DNA from: Schmidtea nova
Lineage: Eukaryota
NCBI GenBank assembly: GCA_044892505.1
Contig: CM097882.1
Location: 20,646,001 to 20,710,000, forward strand
Reading direction: 5' to 3'
Length of the DNA stretch: 64,000 nt
Positions 24,977 through 36,100 of the stretch are shown here, one piece after another. How positions within the stretch are numbered: position 1 is the stretch's first letter; every line of letters starts with the position of its first letter. A program made the position numbers and the translations under genes. The notes under the pieces were generated by a model. It saw nothing but the letters and a program-made list of their open reading frames with translations, made no database searches and was not told the origin of the DNA.

Positions 24977-25687
24977 GAAAAAGTTTTATTTAATAATAAA
25001 ATTTGAAAATTTACAAGAGGACAATGCTCAACATGGAGCACGCCAAACAGGCAATATACAAGAACAAAAGAGTCAGAAAGAAATCAATCAAATCAATGTA
25101 ATTGTCGAGATATTTTCGACTCAATTGTCATTTGCAACTGCCGGAATTGTCTCAGGCATTGGATGTGGTTTTCCTTCGGATAATAGCTCCGGCTTAATTC
25201 GATATAGCTTTTGATGCATCTGCCAGGTACACGAATGAGATCAGATCGATAACATCAACACAAGAGAGAAGTGTCACGTGTAAGTCGGAAAACGGGCTTC
25301 TCGAGCTGTAGCGACAAGTCATCACAGTTAGAGATTAGGCAATTCCCGGCTAACGCAATATTTACAGGCATCTTTCTGATCTCAGCTAAATCTCATCAAT
25401 TCTATCTAAATATTTGCAAGAAAGGGAAATATATATATATATATATAAATATAAAGGGTAATAATTATATATAATAAATCCGGACCTTGGAGAAGGGAAT
25501 ATCTAAAACATAAAATATACTACTTTTATACATCAACGTAAATGTAACAATGATAAACCTCAATTGAATAAAAACAAAGAATATTTAAATTAATTTTGAT
25601 CTTTAATAAAGAGATTATCATCATCAAAGGTGGGTAGGATACCATTCTTGTGGAAGTACAAAGTGGAAGTAACAAAGAATATTTAAA

Positions 25688-28600
25688 TTAATTTTGATCT
25701 TTAATAAAGAGATTATCATCATCAAAGGTGGGTAGGATACCATTCTTATGGAAGTACCATCGCTTGGCAGAGTGTGCGATGTTACTTATGGCACATTTCT
25801 TTAGAAGTCCATCCACCTGGCCTTTCTTTACACCAATCTTTTGAAGGACTTACGAAGTTTCTGGAGGAAAAGAGCCAAGAGCACCAATAATACAAGTGTC
25901 AAGCTCAACTTTAAAGTCGGGTTTAGCAGCTTGTATATCAGTTTTCAAAGAGTTATATTTTGCCAGATTCAATGAATTTACTCGATCAAAGTGGGTCAAT
26001 GAATCACTAGGGCATTTCAAATCAACCAGGAAAATTCTTTTACGAGACACGTCCGTTATAAGCAAATCAACTCGTTCTTTGGAAAGCGGAACAAGTGAGC
26101 ATGCGTGATCAACTACAACAATCAAGTTTTTATTAGATTGAAGTTGTTTCGCGATGTTTAAGACAAGCGTCATGCCGCTCAGAACCCAGTGTCAGATGTA
26201 CCTTGCATGATTGGAGTACATGAGAAGAGGTCTCATCATCTTCATGACACCGACGACATAGTCTTTTCTCACCTCTGTTATAAGGCTTCGCAAGAGTGGA
26301 AAGAGTGTTTGTGCGAGCTCTGTGAATGAAATTCCAGCTAAATTCGGACAATTCACTTCGATAGATTGCTTTGTTCACTATCGGTGAAAGTTTTACTGCT
26401 GAAGCGATGATGTTGGAAATACAGCTTTTTTCCCATTTGGCCAAGTATGAATCACAGAGCATCATGTGTAGTATTTTTGATGTTGTCTGACGAGTGTCAG
26501 GAGTTACAATGCAAGTACCACGCTCTGCAGTGGTGATGTAGAGCCATGGTTCTCGATTCGTGACTGTGAATGTAATGCTAATGTCATGAGTCTTTTCAAA
26601 GAAAGCAACCGCAATCCTAGCTCTTTGAAATCGAGTTTTCTTTCCGGAATGGGGAGAAAGAGACTCTTTACCATTGAGCCAATCAAGACTTTCTTGAAGA
26701 GTTGGATTTTTTATCCCAAGACGTGGACTAGTGACAAAAGCCAAAGAGTCAAGATTAACTTTCCTCGCAAAGTCACATTTTGACGTGATGAGTCGGAAAA
26801 AGTGTGTAATAGTCTGCGTGTGATACTCATCAAGGAGATCAACACAATTTGCTCCACCATTTTCTGTAGAGTTGTAAAAATAACTCACTTCAGAATGACT
26901 TGGTAAAAGCAGCATTTTTCTCAAGTGATTTCTCATTTGGCTGGTGATATTTACCGAGAGATTACTATTACCACAAGATTTTGAGAGAGCACTAGTTTTA
27001 ATCTCTCTGGTTCTGAAAGGAAAGATCAAGCGAGAGTGGATGAAGATCTTGTAGGCTTTCAGTTTTTGCCAACCAAGCAAATCAGAATCGGCAAGTTTTT
27101 TGGTGTCAATTAAAGCTTGTTCAAGAATGTCATATGGACTCTGATCAGTTTCCTCCCCTACTGGCACACCAAGGTACTGGTAGAATTCATTAGACAAGAG
27201 CTTTTGAATTTTGACATTATTGATGGAAATTTCGCTGTCAATGTGGACATTTGGCAGTTGTAAATAGCCACATTTTTCCGGGCGATATTCGAAGCCTATT
27301 TCGGTGGCAGTTGTAACAGCAATGTTGACGAGTTTTTGTAAGTCATCTACAGATTTAGCAACAATGGCAATGTCGTCAGCGTATGCGAGAATCTTGATAG
27401 ATGATTCTCCAATAGTAAAAGCATCACAAACTGTACTGGAAACAGCTTCCAGTACAGGGTTTATTGCCAAAGCAAACAGAATCATGGAGATGGGACATCC
27501 CTGCTTGACACCCTTTTTAATCAGGATGTTAGGAGTTACGATAGGCCCACAACTATAGAAGGAGCTAGTGTCAGAGTATAACATTTGCAAGATGGAAGCA
27601 AATTCTTCACCAACTCCAATGTACCGGAGTAAGGACCACATGTAATCATGTGGGACACTACCAAATGCATCCTTAATATCAAGCCAGGCGATAGATAGAG
27701 GACAGCGCTTACTATACTTGGAATGCTCAAGCGCAGCAGACAGAATTGAATTGTGCTCAACACAACCATCATGTTCAGAACCACCTTTCTGCCCAACATG
27801 CAAAAGATTGTTCAAGGTTATCCAGCGTGTAAGGCGAGAGGCAAGGCAGGAAGCGAATACTTTGTAGATGACAGAGAGTAAGGCAATTGGACGCCAAGAC
27901 GATACGTCTGCATATTTATTATTTTTGTTAGGCTTAGGAGTTAAAAGGGTTTTAAAGGCCTTACAACTGTCAGGTATGGACTTTTCAGTAATGATCTTGT
28001 TGAATAAAAAGGCAAGTATATGACCCCCAGGATCTAGACGCAACAAGTCACGATATTGCAATCCATCAATACCAGGACTAGTGTTGTCAGCCTTCCTAAG
28101 TTCATACACTACCTCCTTACTCGAGATGCATTGCAGAGGAAGTACTCGTTCAGAACGTTTACAGAATACGAATAATTTCTCCCACTGGCCACGGATTGGA
28201 GTTTCATGAGAAAAATATTTGACGATATTCTGGAATGTTGGTCGGGTAGGTACATCAAAGTTATTGATGACCATGTTGACCGCCGATTTCATGTCCGTGG
28301 TAAATTTTTTAATAAGTTTATTTTTGCTGATTTTAGAGGCTCTCGGTCTGGTTCCCAAGTAAGGTTTTGACAAAGGCTTAAGTTTCTCAGGAAACTGTTC
28401 ATTAATTGCATAAATAATTTCATTGGTGCTAAAATTTGCCCATTTAATAACAAGTAATTCAGCATTAGTTATACGCTGTTTGATAGAGATATTTGTAGCA
28501 AAGTTATTATCAAGTTTAGCTTTACCTAGACTTTCAAATTTATCATGTTCTTTTACGTGAAAGACCAAAGAACTAACTATATTTCCAATCTCACGCAGGT

Positions 28601-30311
28601 TTAAGTTTATGAGGGGTAAATCCTTTGAGTAATTGTTAATAAAAGAACATAAAAGCACTTTACTTATTAGACCTGAGCCGCGGATGTCATGAGGACATTC
28701 ACAAAAATTTAAAACGCGGCCTGGTGTTTCTTTAATTTCATTTATTTTATTTCTGAGTATTCGACAGGTTGACATGTAATTGTCGTTATCAGTCAAAGAT
28801 GTTGGATTGATAAGATAACAAGTATCAACACTATAGTCGAGAATAAGTAAAATTTCTCGATGTTTCGGAGGTGCAACAATAGCAAAGATGACTTGTGACT
28901 TGATGATCCACTCAAAGTTTAAAAATTCGTTTAGGTGCTGAGTGCAATCATCAAGAATCGCCAAGCACATTGTAGAATTTAGAAGCAAGAATCGATTAGG
29001 TAAATTTAAATTATTAAAAAATTTTGTGACGATTTTATCAGTGATTTTAGAATTTAGTAAATTTAAATTCTGAGAGATCTCATTCCCTTCCCTTAATTTT
29101 AATAAATTTAGGGACTCACTGATCTTCGAAATGGATACCTCTTTATTGAAGAATAATCTTTCAAGCAACTCAATAAAGACAGATGCAAAGAGAATTGGGT
29201 CATCAGAGACGATAGGCCAAAGCTCAATGTTGTGATTAGGTTTGAAGCTAATGTCCGATGATAGAAAAAACTTATTTAGATAGTCAGTCATATTATCGCT
29301 AATACCAAGCAGACGTTCCGAAAGAAGTTTTTCTTGATTGTTGAAGATGTGGCTAGCACCGTATGCAGTAGAAAAGAGATAAAGGCACCAGTAATTCTCA
29401 TTTGGGATAACACTTATAACATGGTTAATTCCAAGAAAATGTTTGAAAGTGACATTTTCTCTAATGAATGACTCGTTTTGAGCAATTATATTTAATGTCA
29501 ATTCGTGTGACAGAACCAAGATGTTCTTGTGGTCCTTGAACCATTCCGCAATAAGGGAGGAGACACACGAGTTTCTTTTGAGAAGAAAAATGTGATTGTG
29601 TTTATTCACAACTGTTACCTTTTTAGATTGTTTTTTGTCAGTAATCTTTGGTATCCCACCCCCAGATGATTTAGGTAATTCACTCATCATGGACAATTGA
29701 AATTGGTGGACATCCTTTCTAATGGACTCGATAAAGTCAACAGGAAACCTCTGCCATTCGCCACTTATCATCATAGCATACGCGCAGATGAAAGGACCAA
29801 AGTCGTAGTTGTTGTCTTGAAAGACAAAGGATTTGTGTGGATGAAAGAAAACCGCAGATTTCAGATTAAACAAACGATTCAAAGCAATGTTGGTTTGAAG
29901 CGCAGTCGCTTTATTACTAAGTGAGTGGCGGTTGTCAAAAATTGGATCAACAAAGTAAGAAGTCAACGAGGACTTGCAATACACAAACAAGATCCAGTGA
30001 GATTGGTCAATGTTAAGGGGGCACAATAATATTTGCGCTGACAAAACTCTTTCCGGCATTGGAAAAATATCATCCGAAAGGTTTGCCCTTAAAATCTCTA
30101 TTTGGAAACATTTTACAGGCGCAAATTTAGGGTTACTGATGTGACTTTCTAAATAGTTATCAATGTCATCATCAGTGAACCAGACTTTAGGGTTACGTAT
30201 TATGCTTTGGTTTTTGAAAAGATTAACTATATTATTAGGGATAATATTATCTGTGCTGTCTGCAACAGTCTCGTTGGAGATTGGAACAGATATTGAGACT
30301 GGTGCAGGCAC
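25688..30311 (-). pseudogene. B ORF2 (Ulp1x3-RT-CCHC-RLE) with a frameshift at ~26140 and a premature stop at ~25850
   Basis: AYADD, CRRCHEDDETSSHVLQSC, ERVDL, DLKCP; ends SAKRWYFHKNGILPTF...QN*. Confidence 0.9.
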
Positions 30312-30317
30312 GCACCT

Positions 30318-32532
30318 TCATTTACTTTTTGTTGTCGTACATTTGGGTTTTTTGATCTGTCTAGGTGGCAGATCTTGAACTGTGCTTTTGCAAAGTTCTA
30401 CGGCAGAAGACGGATCATCATCAATATCCGTTGGTAGTTTACGCTTAGGATTCACTGTTTCTGGTGTAGAAGCAATGGGAACAGATTCATCAGTAACTTC
30501 AGCGCTTTGGCCAGGGTTAACAGCCTTGCTGGCAGTATCAGGGTTCAGAAGTGGACTTATCGACTCAAGAAGCCTGGTAATGCACTTACCAACACCTATA
30601 GAACAGATCTTTCGGCAAGACTTTGGTACACGGAAGGAAAATTTATTTTTCAGCAAAAAGCTTTTCTTGTCCCTTACAACAAAGAACAGGAGCCTTTTTG
30701 CTTTGCTGGTATCAGGAATACTCGAGTCAGATTCAAAATCGTTAATTCCATTGGCTATTCTATCAAGAGCCTTTAGTTGTTGAGCTTTTCTTGGATGGGA
30801 TTTCTCAATCTCAACAAGAAAATTGTTAATTACAGAAATGGTCTCCGGAGAAATTATACTGTTTACCCTGTCAATCTCCTGGGCCAGATGAGATTGCTGA
30901 AGCTTAAGAACTCGTTCCTGGCAGCTAGTACTATAATAAGAGTCTATTGGAATTCCCTTGATCAAAGCCGGAGCCCAGGAGACCAAATCACTACAGCGTA
31001 AGGAATCAATATTTTCAATGCACATAATGGAGTGCATTAGAAAGCAGTTGCGAAGGTAGTTAAACACATATTTATCGAACGACGTTTCAGATTTATATTT
31101 TAGGGATCCCTGTAAGTTTAAAAGATTTAAATAAAAAATTATATTTATTAGTTTTTCAGGAGATTGTGGCTGATTCAACAAATGTCCAAATTCAGTGTCC
31201 GAATTTGACATTTCAGTAAAGTCCAGCAGCCCTAGGTTAAAGATTATGTCAGCCGCACCTTCATCCTGCAGTCTGACAGAGCTCTGGCAATTTTTGGGCA
31301 ATTTTATGAATTTACCCCCCCCCAAATGAGATCTCTGCAGGAAAGTTTTTAGAAAATTTTAATTCATTTATTAATTTAATTAATAAATTAGGATTTTTAT
31401 TTATATTTTCAACAAAATAAAGTTGAGGAATCTCAGGAAAAGATTTCGTCAGCTCTTCCAGCTGAGTACGGGAAAGTTCAGTTGGGTTTTGACTAGTGCT
31501 GACATTGGCAGAGACACCAGTATTAAAAAGATCCAGCAAAAGGAACTCTCCATCACAAAATTTCACCTGCGAATTTATCAAAAAGTTTGGGATTTCACCC
31601 TGTTGCTTGAGATCGTGCAGGATGTTGTTAATTCGGATTTCCCTATCCTTAGCATTTTTAATCACAATAGTTTCAGCAAACTTATTTGTGAGAGCAAATA
31701 AAAATTTTTTAATATAGAGGGAAGCAGGAACAAATTTGTATTCGTTACAGGTAGGCACTATAACGTTAGATCCAATTAAAAAGATGCCATTATTTGGCTT
31801 TTTTATTGCTGGGATAGATGGTTTTGAATCAGCTTTCGAAAGATCAACAAGCACACATATAAGGCGATTTCTATAAAATAGCCTTTCAAAACCTGATATC
31901 CCCAACGGATTATCTGATTTTGATATTTGGCAAAGAATATTATTAATTTTATTAAATTTATCTTTACTTTCTTTTGATTTTAATAGTTTTTCTATATTTA
32001 TATTAGTTTTTAAATAATTTAATTTTTCCCTTTTAGTCAAATGGCGTGGAAAAATAGTTGAAAATACTGAGCCATCTTTTTTATTTTTACTATTGGGGTC
32101 TGATTTTTTATTTAAAGATTTTTCAACAGGACCAGACCGAGGCTGAAAATTCTTTTCAATTATTGGATTTTGATTTAAATTGGAAATTGGATTATTATCA
32201 ATTGTAATTTTAAAATTTACTAATTTACAATCATTAAAATTTGTATCTTTATTTTCCTTATTTAAAATTATTTTTATTTTAGAAGGGTCAAACTCATCAC
32301 GGCCCAAACTCTCATCAAGAATAATCTGCCTAGCAGAAAAAAAATCATTTAATTTATTTTCATTATTATCTTTATTATACAAATTATTAATATTCAAAAA
32401 AGGTTTATCATTAATACATTTAGTAGCATTTGAATATTTCAAACTACTTTCAGATTTAACATTTACAAAATATTCATCTGAAATATTCAAATGCTCCAAA
32501 AGAAAATTTAACTTACTGTTAATTTCTTCCAT
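30318..32532 (-). pseudogene. B ORF1, split by a G9 homopolymer frameshift at 31315-31323
   Basis: Homologous to A ORF1 (IKKFLFAL, IFNLGLLD, KAKRLLFF). First ATG at 32532. Confidence 0.85.
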
Positions 32533-32612
32533 CAACAGAGCAGCCAAATCTAAACAAATCTGAAAATCTAAATTTATAAATATATATCCTAAAAATTTAT
32601 TATTTAAATAAA

Positions 32613-32656
32613 ATTGTAAAAATTATTGCCCCCAGAGAGATTTGAACTCTCGACCC
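32613..32656. repeat. 44-bp direct repeat (candidate TSD) at the 5' end of element B
   Basis: Identical to 24933-24976. Confidence 0.85.
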
Positions 32657-32669
32657 CTGGTTTACAAGA
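32627..32669 (-). pseudogene. 3' half of tRNA-Thr(TGT), type Z, interrupted by A2
   Basis: ...GGTTTACAAGA|TTAAACATTT. Confidence 0.95.
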
Positions 32670-33149
32670 TTAAACATTTATTATGATAACAAATTTTAGA
32701 TTTTACACAAATGAGACGGTTCAACTTGGAACCTGCCATTCAAATCAATAATGTTTTAATGAGACAATTTTCAGTTTTTGTAATATCACATTGCGAAAAT
32801 ATCTGTCTCAAGAAATCAAATCTCTTTGAATCTTCTCTGGCATTCTCTGATTTTCATCGGGATATCATTCCGGCTTTGCGATTTCAAGTTGAGAATAGTA
32901 TCAAAATTGAAGTTCTCGCAGCTGCATTTTTCTGATTTACAGGACAGTTGAATACAATATGATCTCGATGCTAGATATTATTTCAAATGCTTTTTTTCTA
33001 AATTAAAAATAGAGCAATTCTCTGAATAAAGATTAGGATAATAAACTTTAATGACTTTCAAGGTAGTCAAGAAATGACTAACGGAAAAATGAATTACACA
33101 AAACAGAAAAATAATGGTAATGCTCCTAATTTCGCAATAAAAATAATTT

Positions 33150-36100
33150 TTATGTGGTTGGAAGAAAACCAGTAGCATGAAAATGCCATGTTTTGGCAGA
33201 GTGCGAGATGTTACTAAGCGCACATGCTTTCAATAGATCGGGTATTTTCGAAATCTTTACACCCATTTTTTCAAGAACATCATTAGTTGCTGGTGGAACA
33301 GATCCTAAAGAACCAATTATACAAGTGTACAAGTCAACTGTAAAGTTTGGTTTAGCTGATTTGATTTTCAATTTTAGAGATTCATATTTTTCTATATTTC
33401 TTTTATTGACATCATCAAAATTTGCTATTGTGTCAAAGGGACACTTTACGTCAACCATGAGAATTGTCTTTTTGTCATTGTTGGTAATAATTAAATCAAC
33501 TCGTTCTTTAGAGTCGCGAACTAACGAACATGCATGGTCCACTACAACAATCAATTTAGGGTCTTTTAAATGTTGAGTAATCTGTTCGAGACAGTCGTTG
33601 TGACGCGAAAGTGCAAGAATTTGATGAACTTTACAATTTTGTAGGACATGTAACAAAGTTTCTTCATCTTTATGACAACGTCGACAAATCCTCTCATCAG
33701 GTTTTCTATATGGTTTTGCGAAATTAGCTAGAGTATTTGTTCTTGCACGATGGATGAATTTCCAAGAACCTTCACGCAATTTCCCTCTAAATATCGCTTT
33801 GTTTATGTCGGGAGATAAGCTATATGCTGATGACCCACTTATGTTACTATTTTTCCATTTAGTAAAATAAGAGTCATAGAGAGCAAGGTGCAAAATCTTT
33901 GAGATGGCTTTTCGGTTTAAGCACTTCAATATAATTGTGCCATTTGTAATTGTTGTGAGACGAATGATGGGTTCGTTTTCCAACACTTCAAACGATATTG
34001 TTATTTTGTGTGTCTTTTCAAAATATTGAATTGCTGTGCGTGGTCGGTAAAATCGGGTTTTCTTTCCCGAATGTTGTTTAATCGTGTTGGCTCCATTAAT
34101 CCAACTGAAGCTTTCTTGTAGCGATGGGTTGTTAATTCCAAGTCGAGGCCCAGTTACAAACTTTAGTGAATCTATATTTATCTTTTTTGCCAAGGGACAG
34201 ATTGAAGTAAAAAGTCTAAAGAAATGACTGATGGTTTGTGTGTGATATTCGTCGAGTAGATCAATACAAGAAGCACCTCCATTTTCAATAGAGTTGTAAA
34301 AGTAGCTGATTTCAGAATGATCAGACAAATTCATCATTTTTCTTAAATACTTCCTAAGCTTTGTTGTACTATTACCGATATTAGCAGAAAGAGCACTAAT
34401 TTTAATTTCTCTTGTTCTAAATGGGAAAATTAGACGAGAGTGTATGAAAATCTTGTAAGCTTTCAGCTTTTGCCAGCCGTACAAGTCTGAGTCGGCAAGT
34501 TTCTTGGTATCACTAACCACCTTATCAAGGATGTCATAAGGACTTTGGTCAGGGTCTTCACCTATTGGTACTCCAAGATATTCATAAAATTCTTTATTTA
34601 ATAATTTCTTAATGATTGTATTGTCGACAGTTATCTCACTTGTTGTATTGACACTTGGAAGTTGAATAAATGCACATTTTTCTGGTCGATACTCAAAGCC
34701 TATTTCAGATGCAGTGTCATGTGCAATGTTTATTATCATTTGCAAGTCCTTAGCATTATTAGCAATAAGAGCAATATCGTCAGCATATGCAAGAACTTGG
34801 ATTGAAGATTCACCAAGTTTAAAAGGATTGACACTTGAAAGACTAACAGCTTGAAGAACAGGATTGATTGCTATTGCAAACAAGACCATTGAAAGAGGAC
34901 ATCCTTGTTTAACTCCTTGTTTTATTGCAATGTTTGGTGTTACAATCGGACCACAGGTATAGAAGGAGCTAGTTTCAGTGTACAAAAGTTTCAAAATCTT
35001 AGTAAATTTCTCACTCATTCCAATATGACGCAAAATCGCCCACATGTAATCATGAGGTACACTACCAAAAGCGTCCTTAATGTCAAGAAATGCAATAGCA
35101 ACAGGTGTATTTTTACTGTATTTCGAGTGTTCAAGACAAGATGAAAGTATGGAATTGTGTTCAACACATCCATCATGAATAGAACCTCCTTTTTGTCCAA
35201 CATGAAGAACATTATTTAGATTCACCCACAGTGTCAAACGTCTAGCTAAAATTGATGAGAATAATTTGTAAACAACAGATAACAAAGCAATTGGACGCCA
35301 AGATGAGATTAAAGTGTATTTATCACCCTTGTCGTGTTTAGGAATCATTAACGTTTTGAAGGTTTTCCAAACGTCTGGAATTGTATTTTCCCTAATGATT
35401 TTATTAAATAAAAAGGTCAACAATTTACCCTCTGGATCAAGAATTGCAATGTCTTTATATTGAATTCCATCAAGCCCAGGAGAAGTATTATCAGCGTTTT
35501 TCAACTCATAGAGTACCTCTTTTTCACTGATCAAATTCAGATTTAGAGTATTTAAAGATTTAATTGCAAATTTAAAAACTTTGTCATGATTCTTTAAAAT
35601 AGGATCTCGATGACTAAAATTATCTATGTGATCTTTAATTGTTGGTCTATCCTTTATGTCGTCACTCATAAATATTTTATTTATTGTCTTTTTCATATTT
35701 TTATTAAAAGATGACGCCAAGTTAGTATTAGATGGTTTGTCTTTATTTGTTTTGTTTCCTAAATATGGCCTACGTAATTTAGTTAAATTGACTTCTTCTT
35801 TACTTTTGGCAATAGTAGTAATAATAAATTCCGTTATTTCGTTAACATTTGAATTTTGTAGATTTAACAAATGCTCATTTATCAAAGTTATACGTTGATT
35901 TATTTTAAGTTTAACATGTTGCTTTTCAATTTGTAAAGGCGTTAATGGAATTTCCATACATTCTTTTTCAGGTGGTAGGAGAGAATTTACAACATTACCA
36001 ATGTCATGCAAATTAATGTTTTCAAGAGACAAGTCTAGAGCGTAATTCTTGATGAAAGCACAGATGAGAACCCTGCTTACAAGACCAGAACCTCGAACAT

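Larger units (their letters stand above)
24977..32612 (-). mobile_element. RLE non-LTR retrotransposon, lineage B (divergent, decayed)
   Basis: Same two-ORF layout, divergent proteins, own UTRs; inserted at the anticodon-stem/variable-loop boundary. Confidence 0.93.

Noticed and set aside
24933-32656. 44-bp direct repeats as LTRs
   Set aside because: They are host tRNA and trailer sequence, lack TG..CA ends, and the element has a non-LTR RT with RLE and no integrase.
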